Shown here one piece after another: positions 24,045 to 35,296 of a DNA stretch of 64,000 nt (positions within the stretch are counted from its first letter, which is position 1; every line of letters starts with the position of its first letter). The notes under the pieces are model-generated. The model was given only the letters and a program-made list of their open reading frames with translations, had not been told where the DNA came from and ran no database searches. Made by a program: the position numbers and the translations under genes. The stretch lies in contig CM059433.1 of NCBI GenBank assembly GCA_030390025.1, positions 18,664,001 to 18,728,000 of the forward strand, read 5' to 3'. This DNA is from Squalus acanthias. Taxonomy: Eukaryota.

Positions 24045-24520
24045 AGCAACAACAACTTGCATTTATATAGCGTCTTTAAGGTAGTAAAACGTCCCAAGGC
24101 GCTTCACAGGAGTGTTATCAAACAAAATTTGACACCGAATCACATAAGGCGATATTAGGATAGAAAGGGGTAGGTTTTAGGAGCGTCTTAAAGGAAGAGA
24201 GGGGTAGAGAGGCGGAGAGGTTTAGGCAGGGAATTCCAGAGCTTCGGGCCTCAGCCGCTAAAGGCACGGCCGCCAATGGTGGAGCGATTTAAATCGGGGA
24301 TGCACAACAGGTCAGAATTGGAGGAGCGCAGAGATCTCGGAGGGTTGTAGGGCTGGAGGAGGTTACCGAGATAGGGAGGGGCGAGGCCATGGAGGGATTT
24401 GAAAACATGGGTGAGAATTTTAAAATCGATGCGTTGCTGGACCCGGAGCCCATGTCGGTCAGCGAGCACAGGGTTGATGGGCGAACGGGACTTGGTGCGA
24501 GTTAGGATATGGGCAGCAGA
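24045..24520 (-). mobile_element. L2 LINE 3' fragment (preceded by a short CR1 fragment at about 23914-24020)
   Basis: ORF 24251-24469 RIDFKIL..VFKSLHGLAPPYL; (CAA)n tail. Confidence 0.8.
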
Positions 24521-25750
24521 TCTTATGATCTTGGCCAGTGGGGGATCTGATGCAAAGGGCCTTGGACTGACTACATTCTACAAAGTGGTCTGCAGCTCGA
24601 TCAGGTGATCATGCAGCATTGCACAGCTGCAGGCTGTGGACTTCTCCAGTGAAATTCCCAAACTGTATATTACACTCAAGTAACACCATTAAGTGCTAAT
24701 GTTGAACTACTAAAGCAAGTCCTGAGAGGTCCAAATCCCTGGGCTCAGCAGCTAAGGCGTCCTTGAGCTTGCCCTCCACCCAGCAGGTTATGTCTCCTGC
24801 AATTCCATCTCCACTTGTTCCTCTTCGCTCACGCTCTATTTACCGTGCTATCTCTTTCAACTCACCAACAGGCGCCTCTCCTCATGAGGAGACCAGCAAT
24901 GAAGGTTCAGTGACCCCTTCCTGTTGTATGCAACCTTCTCCTGCCAGCAGATATATCATTGGAAACGAGACAATGAAAGGAGATGGGTGCCATCTAAGTG
25001 ACCAAGACATTAGCTACGTTATGGGAGTGTGTGAATGTGCAGCAGCAAGAAAACGTGCGCTGACCTTGGACTCGTTACTTGCCACATTTAATAGGCGACA
25101 TGTTCAGCACTTCGATATGGCTACATCACACCAGGTAAAGCCATGAGCATTCTCTTGCATTTGGAAAGATAAACATTTATAGCAAAGTTCACTGTGTTTT
25201 GCCTCCATGGTGGTGCACGAGTGAAGAGCATTAAAGAACCCATTAACAGGCTGTCAAATCTACGCATACTTAGTGTGGCAAACCTCCATCCTCAGCCGCT
25301 CCCAGGTTCAGGGCACAGGTGAGCTTGCATTGATGTGCTCTGCCACCCATGATGCTCTGGTGATGTGCTTTATTGCAGGATGGCTCTCTCTTCCAAGCAG
25401 GGCGACCCTTCACTGCAGGGCTTTCTACAGCAGCACCTCAAACACCTGATTGCTGACTCTGCCCCCAACCATTTTCATCCAAAGCTGAAGTACATCTTTA
25501 AGGTCAGCCAGCAGTTCTTTAAAAGAGATGCTGGTGCGGGAAATTCTGCCCCTGACCTTGGCACGCTCCCAGCACGTCATGTACTAAGTTTTTAAAGAGT
25601 GCTGTCAAGATATTTAAATGAGCTGACTTTGCATTATCCGTCTTTTGTCCCCAGTATGAGTGCAGTCCCCAGTGCACAGCGAGCTTCAATGCACAACAGC
25701 AATCCACAATACAATGATCCCCAATACACAGTGCAGTGGGCGCCCCAGTG

Positions 25751-26222
25751 CACTGCAGTCCCCAGTGCAGCCCCTGTGCACAGCGATTCTCAATGCACTG
25801 CAGTCCCCAGTGCAGCCCCTGTGCACAGCGATCCTCAATGCACTGCAGTCCCCAGTGCAGCCCCTGTGCACAGCGATCCTCAATGCACTGCAGTCCCCAG
25901 TGCAGCCCCTGTGCACAGCGATCCTCAATGCACCGCAGTCCCCAGTGCAGCCCCTGTGCACAGCGATCCTCAATACACCGCAGTCCCCAGTGCAGCCCCT
26001 GTGCACAGCGATCCTCAATGCACTGCAGTCCCCAGTGCAGCCCCTGTGCACAGTGATCCTCAATGCACTGCAGTCCCCAGTGCAGCCCCTGTGTACAGTG
26101 ATCCTCAATGCACTGCAGTCCCCAGTGCAGCCCCTGTGCACAGTGATCCTCAATGCACTGCAGACCCCAGTGCAGCCCCTGTGCACAGCAATCCTCAATG
26201 CACTGCAGTCCCCAGTGCAGCG
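25751..26222. repeat. 45-bp minisatellite, about 10.5 copies, with degenerate flanking units
   Basis: Unit CACTGCAGTCCCCAGTGCAGCCCCTGTGCACAGCGATCCTCAATG repeats every 45 bp from 25751. Confidence 0.95.
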
Positions 26223-26786
26223 AGATCCCCAATACACTGCAATCTGCACTGCTACACTTGGACTGCATTATCGGCCTCAGTGAGTTACAAGTAAAGCACA
26301 TTTCTTGCTCAGAAACGGCATTGACTGTTTATTTTCTTATTCAAACTTCCACTGGATCCCTTAGATGGATTCCTTGTTGTTGCAGCGCCTACCTCGGAAC
26401 ACATCATTAGGTATTTCCCTAGTATCTGTGCACGTGTAGATGGCCTCATTGTCCAGTAGAAAGTGAACATTTGAGCTTCAACAACCCCATTACTAGCAAC
26501 ATCTTTCGCTCAACTTTACAGTTAGGTTGTCATTTATTTTTTTATTTTAGATTTTTTGGGTGCAAAATCTCAGGTCTTGTGTCTAGAATCTTTGAGGTCA
26601 CCTAGAACAGGTGTTCTAGTTCCGGCTACATTATTGCACTGTCCTGACCACTCACACCATCTGTGCTTATCCTGGTGAGCCGCCTATATCGGGCAAAGGG
26701 CGCTGACCATTCGTCATCATCATAGGCGTCAATTACAAAGGCGCCACTTAAAACGTATTAAGCGTGCCGACCATTTCGTGGCTTTC

Positions 26787-27105
26787 ATAAGAACATAAGA
26801 AATAGGAGCAGGAGTAGGCCATTTGGCCCTTTGAACCTGCTCCGCCATTCAATGAGATCATGGCTGATCTTCTACCTCATCTCCTCTTTCCTGAACTATC
26901 CCCATATCCCTTGATTCCCTTAATATTCAAAAATCTATTGATCTCTGTCTTGAATATACTCAATGACTGAGCCTCCACAGCCCTCTGGGGTAGAGAATTC
27001 CAAAGATTCACCACCCTCTGAGTGAAGAAATTTCTCCTCATCTCAGTCCTAAATGGCCGACCCCTTATTCTGAGACTGTGACCCCTGATTCTGGACTCTC
27101 CAGTA
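26787..27105 (-). mobile_element. CR1 3' fragment
   Basis: (CATAAGAA)n tail and CR1 3' UTR. Confidence 0.8.
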
Positions 27106-27123
27106 CCCTCATTCAGTACTTAC

Positions 27124-27279
27124 CTGATTGAAGCTGTCCGAAGTCTCCACTTTCTGACTGGCTCCCATAGTTGTTAACAGTGCAAACAGCTGACAGAGAT
27201 TAGGCAGTTTCAAACAGCTGTTCACACTGTTACTATGGGCAGCAGTCAGAAAGGGGAGACTTTGGGCAGCTTCAAACAG
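27124..27279. repeat. Imperfect inverted repeat (about 68-bp arms, about 21-nt loop)
   Basis: TTGAAGCTGTCCGAAGTCTCCACTTTCTGACTG...AACAGCTG pairs with CAGCTGTT...CAGTCAGAAAGGGGAGACTTTGGGCAGCTTCAA. Confidence 0.8.
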
Positions 27280-29777
27280 ATGGTTTCACTGTCCACTGTG
27301 TATAGCGGGCAAATCGCGTTGGCACAAACGGGCCTACTATATGCGCTGGGGACCGTACTCCAAACATTAGTAAATGTGCTGCAGCGCTGATGTACTCCTT
27401 CAGTGAGTATAGGTGGCAGTGCAGATTAACACATTGGAAAAGTGCTGCAGTTCGGGAGCCTATTCATTTCATTCCATATCAGCCAATGATCACTGTGTCT
27501 ATTTGCCATAAGTGTGTAATTCTTTGAAACAGTTTGATGTAGATATCTTGTCCACATAATACTCCAGAAAATTCAATCATATGATTTGATTTGTTTTGTA
27601 AGAGAGTGGAATTTATTTTTATTTTAAAAGATGCGTGGCTAGATTTTCCTCTTCAGCTATGCCAGTAAACAATGTCCAAGATGTATTTCCTCACCAATTC
27701 AAGGTGCAAAGTAAGGCGTGGGGGGGGGAGGGGATACACTTTAACAGTAAAAGGCCCCAGTGACTACCCTAACTATTTAAGTAACCTTGGTACTGGGAAT
27801 TGGGCTATGGGCAGAAGCACAAGCAAGGGACAGCCAGAATTCCCTCTCCACTGATGATCCAGCATCATTGCAGCATGAAGGGGGCTAGACTTTCCATTCC
27901 TACCACTACTGTGCTTCCTCGATCTGTCCAAATCTTTACCTGAAGTTTTGCTAACGAACTGACTATGGAAAATAGGGTGCTAACAGCCTGGTTTCAGTTG
28001 AGTCTGTCTAAAACCTGCCAATAGCTATTCCAGTCTAAACTATGCAAAAAGCAGAATATCTAGGCTAAAGATTCGTGCAGGAGGCTCTAATTAATTCTCA
28101 ATTTTGGGTACAAAGTGTTTTATGCTTCCTCAATGGCTCAATTGTTACAAGCAGTGAGGAACTGGCCCATACAGACCAGGTTCCAGTGTCTGGCCCTTAC
28201 CTGTGTTGAGTTATCTGAATTCAGACAAGGCAGGGGTTGGGTGCCTACAATTGCCCTCAGTGTTCCTGGGCTAAGGAGGAGAAAAATTAGGCCTGGTTCA
28301 TCCTCCTAATTGTTATCCAGTAATCACCACTGAAAATTGCACGTGTGTGGACATCAGATGAGAGAAGATCGGGCTTCACCATGGTGCTTCTCAAAGTCAA
28401 GGAGCTGCCCAATATTCACTGTCTCGGCGCACACACGATAAATAGTCACTTAGGCACAGTGCCAGAAGGTGGCCGATGGCCGTACCATACCATAGCATAA
28501 CTCAACACCTTCAGGAGAGAAGGGGAAACCATTGGAAGAAAAATAAAATAGGAACTGATAAACATTTTATATGGAGCAAGAGAAATAATGGAATGGGGCC
28601 CACATCACTAATCTCCTCTGTGTTCTGTTGTTCCTGATATTTCATCATCATAATGCAATACAGCAGAGTACCAGAGGGAGATTCACAAACACAACAAACC
28701 TTCCATTGTCATGAATTAGTTGTGGACACCAGGATTTGGAGAATTATTTGTCAAATGTACAGTTTTTTTGCTAAACAAAAATGTTATTTAGATATGTCAA
28801 CAGTGTAAAGAAATGTAAGGCTTATAGTGTAGGCAGAAGTTACCTATTTTAAGTTTCATCTTCTGTTATAAGAGACACTTTCGGTATAGCAACAACAGAA
28901 TAATATTGATTATGACACACAGTCTGTTCCTGCCCAAAGTATCAACAACGGCAAGACACACCAGAAAAAATCACGGCTAATGAGTAATGAAATAGAATCA
29001 ATTTTGAATGTCTCGAACAATAAGTCTCCAAGTAGTGCTTGAAACATGAATTAAAAGCTAACAATTGGCAGGTTAGACATTATACAAAAACTTCACCAGT
29101 TTAGATCAACAACTGACTACTTCTTCAATCCCAGGAGTTTAAAACATCCTGCAATGCCAAGGCATTGCTGTAACTCATTATCTTAATTGATTTGTCAAGC
29201 GTTCCCTCATCGAGACCTACAAAGAGCAGTGTTGCAATGGGGGCAATCACTATAATCCCTGGTGGTAACCACAATGAATCATACATGTTGTTTCCAAGTC
29301 TCAGGAAGAGATCTCCATCAAGTAGTTATTTGTGGCACACATTTTTTTGCACTTGTGTGGGGAAATACCAATGGCAATCAAAATTACATTGCTCCTGGCA
29401 CAGCAAAATATCAACTCATGCTTTGGACTTGAAAGTAACAAAAAAATGCTGAATTATAGTTTAAAAAACTACCATGAGTGTTTCAAATAGAATATTACAG
29501 TAAATGTAAACACCAATGCATTTGGCAATGAGATTCTGAGTTATTCTGGTGAAATATCAGTGGAAATAAATATTACATTTCCACTGATATAATATTAACA
29601 AAGACGTCCCCACTTTTTTATTGAGCTATAAAAAGCAGGAAAAAAATACTAATTTTATTTTCCTAGTAGAGGCTTGCCTCTCGTATTAGGAACAACAAAT
29701 ACCACAGCCTTTGATCGGATATTAGATATCTTCACTCAGGAGGCTGATTACAATGCTCTGTGACTTTATTGTCCATG

Positions 29778-30449
29778 AGTTGTCAGCCGTGGCTCAGTGG
29801 GTAGCACTCTCACCTCTAAGTCAGAAGTTGTGGGTTCAAGTCCCACTCCAGCGACTTGAGCACATAATCCAGGCTGACACTCCAGTGCCAGTACTGAGGG
29901 AGTGCTGCACTGTCAGAAGTGCTATCTTTCAGAGGAGAATTTTTTTTTAATTTATTTGTTTTTTATGGGATGTGGGCGTCGCTGGCATTTATTGCCCATC
30001 CCTAATTGCCCTTGAGAAGGTGGTGGTGAGCCGCCTTCTTGAACCGCTGCAGTCCGTGTGGTGAAGGTACTCCCACAGGGCTGTTAGGGAGGGAGTTCTA
30101 GGATTTTGACCCAGCGACGATGAAGGATCGGAGATATACTTTTAAATGATGTTAAACTAAGGCCCCATCTGCCCTCTCAGATGGACATAAAAGATCCCAC
30201 GGCACAATTTCAAAGAGCAGGGGAGTTCTCCCTGGTGTCCTGGCTCATATTTTTTCCCTCAACCAACATGGCTACAACACATTATCTGGTTCTTATCATT
30301 GCTATTTGTGGGAGCTTGCTGTGTGCATATTGGCTGCCTTGTTTCCTATATTACAACAGCGACCACACTTCAAAAGTAGCTCATTGGTTGAAAAGTGCTT
30401 TTGGACGTCCTGAGGTTGTGAAAGGTGCTATATAAATGCCAGTCCTTTC
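29778..30449 (+). mobile_element. Deu-domain tRNA SINE interrupted by a minus-strand LINE 3' end (about 29940-30140)
   Basis: A/B boxes at 29789-29843; insert matches the 3' tail of the 35297 LINE. Confidence 0.8.
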
Positions 30450-30858
30450 TTGCTTTATGAGTTAACTAATCAGTCTCACTTGTGGTTATTTTATCACAAA
30501 GCTGACATTAACAAGTCCTCTATGTCACACAAACAGCTCAAGTCCCTCACTGGGAAAACATGGGGGTTCAATTGGCTAAACCCGAAAACGGGCGTGGGGG
30601 ATCACGGTACGCGATTAACCCACGCCCGTTCATTGTGTTACAGGCAGCGCGTTAAGTTCGTGCTGCCTGCTGTTTTAAACGAATGCTGCGCGCAGCCTGC
30701 ACTATTCATTGACTGCACACACCAGCAAGGGACAGATATCGAGAGTGGCTAGCGCTATTTAAAGGCAGCCTGCACCTCTTAAGGGGGAGGTGCATTATGG
30801 CTGCAAGAAATGGTGGGATTTTTTTCATAAGTGAATCTGAGCTGTGATACTTTGAGGA

Positions 30859-33126
30859 ATGGCTAAACACGAGAGAGTGAGAGCACTAAGGTTTTCTGAC
30901 AATGCACTGGAGGTCTTGGTGCAAGACGTGGAGAGAATGAGAGACATCCTGTATCCACAGGGAGCAAGAGGCCCTCTAGACATATGCTCAGGAAGCAGTG
31001 GGAAGAAGCAATGGCAGAGTTCAATGCATGGAGTGTTGCTCCAAGAACATGGACGGAGTGCAGGAAGAAGTTTAATGATCTGATATGAGTTGTCAAAGTG
31101 AGCGAGTTTAATCTTTAAATGGCATATCCTACCAACTGCACCACTAGCCTCATCAACTGCTCAATTCTCTACACCCCCATCACCCAGCTACCAACAATCG
31201 CTATCAATCTGTACTCAACCCTTCAATTCATATGCTTTATCTCACCCTCACACACTTATGAATCATAGAATCATAGAATGGTTACTGCACAGAAGGAGGC
31301 CATTCGGACCGTCGAACCCGTGCCGGCTCTCTGCAAGAGCACTTCAGCTAGTCCCACTCCCCCGTAGCCCTGCAATTCTTTTCCTTCAGCTACTTATCCA
31401 ATTCCCTTTTGAAAGCCACGATTGAGTTTGCCTCCACCACACTTCCAGGCAGTGCACTCGCTGCGTAAAAAAGTGTTTCCTCATGTCACCTTTGGTTCTT
31501 TTGCCAATCACCTTAAATCTGTGTCCTCTGATTCTTGACCCTTCCGCCAATGGGAACAGTTTCTCTCTACCTACTCTGTCTAGACCACTCATGATTTTGA
31601 ACACCTCTATCAAATCTCCTCTCAACCTTCTCTGCTCTAAGGAGAACAACCCCAGCTTCTCTAGTCTATCCACGTAACTGAAGTTCCTCATCCCTGGAAT
31701 CATTCTCGTAAATCTTTTCTGCACGCCTCACACCCACAGCTTACAGCTCGCACACACTGGCAGCTATTCAACTATTACAGCCATATCGCCCAAATTTATT
31801 GCACGACACTCACTTGTAGGAGAAGGTGACGCATAACAGGAGGCAGCAGGAAAGGACTGGAGAAGAACAAGTGCGCCTGCAATGTTTTAACCCTCAAGGA
31901 CATCATAGGGAGGGGCATCTCTGAGGCCGTGACCACTGGTGGGGCTGGAGGGATCGATGATGAGGTTATCTGCATACCTAATCCTCCTTCACTCATCCCA
32001 CTTCTCCCTCATCCCACAATCTCTTCTGACTCACAAGCTCAGATGGTGTAAGCACACACTTCTTACTTACTCCTCTTCCCCACCACAACCCAATCGTTGT
32101 CCCTTTTTCATTTCAGATACCTAAGAACTGGAACCTTCCCAGTCAGAAGAAGAAGAGGAAGAGGAAGAAGGCAGTGAAGATGAAGAGACACCATCGCTTG
32201 ATCTTACATTTGCAGCCACCAGCTCAGGTAGTGACATTGCACATATTTTAGAGGCTAGGATAGAGGAGGGATCTGCACGTGGTGAGTCACCGGGCACAAG
32301 TGCGCAGGAGCCAGGGCAGGGGGAAAGGGTAGTGCAGGTGCCAACTCGCCGGATGGTGAGGACACACAGTAGTTCTGCTGCAGAGGATTCAGATGAGGAC
32401 TTCGATGGGCCAGGCAACAGAAGAATGTTGTACATAACCAAATGCTTGGTACAATGTCAAGGAGCATGGAGGAGTCCAGCACCAACTTGGCACAGGACTT
32501 TGCGCAGAGCTTGGAGCCCATCCTTTCCAACATGGAACAGGTGTGGTCACCTCCATCACCACACCTGTGGAACCCACCATGATGCAGTGCCTGATGGCCG
32601 ATGTCACAGCTTGCATTGCAGCAGAAACAGCTTCCATCAAAGGTCTGAGTGCTGTAGTGGAAGCTCAGACTGCTGCCATCGTGGCTCTGGATACCAGTGT
32701 TCAAAGGGGCTTCCAGGGTGTCACAGCACTCCAGCAATCTGTTCTCCAACAGATTACCAGGATTGCTGAGGCACTGCCCCAGGAGAGTGGCAGTGGCTCC
32801 ATAGAGCACAAACCTGCTGTCCTCTCTCCGGATGACAACATCCCTGCTCCCACCCCTGTCTCTCTGCCTACGCCCTTGCTGTTGCCTGTCAGCCAGCCAG
32901 CCCAGACTGCTGCAGCCCATGCCGAGATGGTGCAGTCTGAAGCCGGGCCCGCTAGGCCCAGAGCTGCTCGAGGTCACCCTCCAGAGCCATCTGCAGTCTC
33001 TTCAATTGGAGTTCAGCAGCCTTCCACCACCCATGCCACAGCCATTGGAGAAGCACCTCACAGGAGCACTAGGATACGCAAAGGACATGGAAGACAGGCA
33101 CAAAGGAGATGCACAAGGGTGATTAA
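30859..33126 (+). pseudogene. Harbinger Myb/SANT-like DNA-binding protein gene, spliced and disrupted
   Basis: RALRFSDNALEVLVQDV...(frameshift) RKQWEE...APRTWTECRKKFNDL*VVK|gtgag; exon 2 near 31820 EKVTHNRRQQERTG; acidic/low-complexity last exon from about 32118. Confidence 0.75.
31260..31724 (-). mobile_element. CR1 3' fragment inserted in intron 1 of the Harbinger Myb gene
   Basis: ORF 31386-31724 CR1 ORF2 C-terminus; (ATTCTATG)n tail. Confidence 0.88.
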
Positions 33127-33349
33127 TTTATTTGTGAATGCATGATGTCATGATTGAATTTATGAATTTGTAAAATTGGATTAGAATGTGCCTTTTCTGG
33201 TGGGTTTTATTTTTGTGTTGTTGGAAAGAGGACAATGTGATGGTCAGTGATAGAGGAACAGTAAAGAGCGTGGGACTGTTGGTGAATGGGGAGGTGTGAT
33301 TGAGGTTATTGGTATCGCTCATGGTTTATTTGATCAAATAGAGCCCGTG

Positions 33350-34531
33350 CAGAAAGGTCTACGTTGTAGTCTCCCTTCCACTTTGTGTTCCTCCACTTCA
33401 TGTTGCACATCCTCCTCCTCTTCCTCCTGCTCCTCAGCTTCTCACCTGATAGGTGGTGGCGAGGGCTGTTCCCTCACAATGGCCAGGTGGTGGCGAGGGC
33501 TGTTCCCTCACAATGGCCAGGTGGTGGCGAGGGCTGTTCCCTCACAATGGCCAGGTGGTGGCGAGGGCTGTTCCCTCACAATGGCCAGGTTGTGCAGCAT
33601 ACTACCACAAATCTGGATACCCGCTCAGCTGAGTACTGCAGGGCTCCTCCAGAGCGGCCCAGGCAGTGGAAGCGTTGCTTGAGGATGCTGATGGTGTGGT
33701 CTGTAATATTCCTTGTGGCAGCATGGCTCTCATTATAGGCCTGCTGTGCACATGTGCATGGATTTCGGACCGGAGTCACGAGCCATGTCACGAGTGAATA
33801 ATCTTTGTCACCCAATAGCCAGCCATTGACCTGCCATGGTGGGTCAAATACAGGTGGTACAGAGGACTGCCACAGAATGAAGGAATCGTGACTACTGCCA
33901 GGATAACGGGCATTCACCTGCATGATGCGCTGCCTGTGGTCACACACCAGCTGCACATTGAGGGAGTGGAATCTCTTTCGATTCATGAAAATGGCCAAGT
34001 TCACAAGAGGGGCACGCAGGGCAATGTGCGTGCAGTCAATGGCACCCTGCACCATGGGGAAGCCTGCAATCCATGGAAACCCTTGTGCTCGCTCCGCCTG
34101 TTTGTCTCTGGAAAGAGGGAATGAGATTAAACTGTCTCTCTGTGTATAGAGAGCTTCAGAGACACCCCCTATGCAGCAGTGCACTACAAACTGCGAGATG
34201 TTGCTTATATCTCCAGCAGCAATCTGGAAGGAGCCAGACCCATAAAAATTAACTGGCAATGCTTTCCTGGCCCTGCTTTGAGGTTGCAGTTGTGGCTGCA
34301 GCAGCAGCAGATTTTAGTCACAACCTCTTTAGTGAAGCGAAGATGTCTGAAGCATTAAAGTTGAGGTCAGAAAATTGCTCCCTAAAGACCCTTGGTGGAT
34401 ATGACCTCCTGCAGAGAGTCCTTCTCCCCCCTCCTCGTCCTCCCTCTTCTAGCAGCTTGTCCTGCTCTGCGTGACCTCTCTTCATTCTCAGTCATGCTCA
34501 GTTCCCAGAGGAAGCCTGCCCAGGCCACCAT
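33350..34531 (-). pseudogene. Harbinger (HARBI1-like, DDE_Tnp_4) transposase, frameshifted
   Basis: ORF 33576-34259: FYGSGSFQ, GFPMVQGAIDCTHI, NRKRFHSLNVQLVCD, ARYPGSSHDSFIL, WLLGDKDY, YNESH...LKQRF.CL; upstream frame has LRFTKEVVTKIC. Confidence 0.92.
33451..33590. repeat. 34-bp tandem repeat x4 within the transposase 3' end
   Basis: AGGTGGTGGCGAGGGCTGTTCCCTCACAATGGCC starts at 33451, 33485, 33519 and 33553. Confidence 0.95.
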
Positions 34532-35296
34532 GTCTGGAAGCAACTTGTTTCAGCACAAGCTTTTAAATGATCAGAAAAGTACTTCACCCTGCAGACTATT
34601 CAACTTTAGGCAAGTATAGGTAAGCTCCAAAAAAATGTGCAAATACACCAGCAGCCACAAGAAATAATTCAGGAAATAACCTGAAGTAGTTCATGATTCC
34701 TTTAAATAGTCCTGGTGAGGTGTCCTTCATGCCGTTAAACGTCGTGTTCAGCTGTGCAAGGTTAAAAGAGGGCATTGGCCGAAGTGTGGAGTTCAAAAAT
34801 GGCAGTGTGGCATCAAATCAGCGTTGCACACTGATTGACGTCATAATCTGCCTGCTCTGCATGCTGCCGGCAGTCGTTACGTCCGCACGCACAATCCATT
34901 TTACCAAGATGGCGACCTGCGCACCTCCTGTCGGAAATCTGCACGCGCATCTCGGACCCTGCTTGCGAGCATTAGGTGGCTGCGTAGCGCCTAAATATTG
35001 GGCGCTACAGGGCCCAATTTAGCCCCCACTTACTTTAGTTAATACGGCCACCATTAGTCGTTATTTGTATTGCTGTTATCTTCTTGACATAGAAACAAGT
35101 GCGATTCCAGTATGCTGTATTTTTCTATCCTCCTATTCATGACTAATACATTTCCATCTTTACTTTCATCTCTCTTCCTTGTCTCTCTCAGACCAATGAT
35201 TGTTACCTGACAGAACTGTGAAGCTCTTTATCAGCATTCTAAAAATTGCCATGCAGATGAGAAGCTTATTCTTTTAAATTAAAGGATGTAGCAGCT

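Larger units (their letters stand above)
30562..35027. mobile_element. Decayed autonomous-type PIF/Harbinger DNA transposon (about 4.5 kb including a CR1 insert)
   Basis: TIR GGGGGTTCAATTGG / CCAATTTAGCCCCC; convergent Myb/SANT gene (+) and DDE transposase (-); TSD not clean. Confidence 0.88.

Noticed and set aside
25751..26222. CRISPR-like array
   Set aside because: Units are contiguous with no unique spacers, and the context is a vertebrate genome; the same applies to 33451-33590
25519..26301. Long repetitive ORFs (260, 231, 207 and 187 aa) as real proteins
   Set aside because: They come from a stop-poor 45-bp tandem repeat, open on both strands, with no splice or domain support
28115..28550. 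Additional degenerate SINE-like repeat
   Set aside because: It looks repeat-derived, but there is no second copy in the window and no clear A/B boxes to support a call
33576..34259. Domesticated host gene HARBI1
   Set aside because: Frameshifted at both ends, lies inside TIRs opposite a Myb/SANT pseudogene; this is a transposon copy
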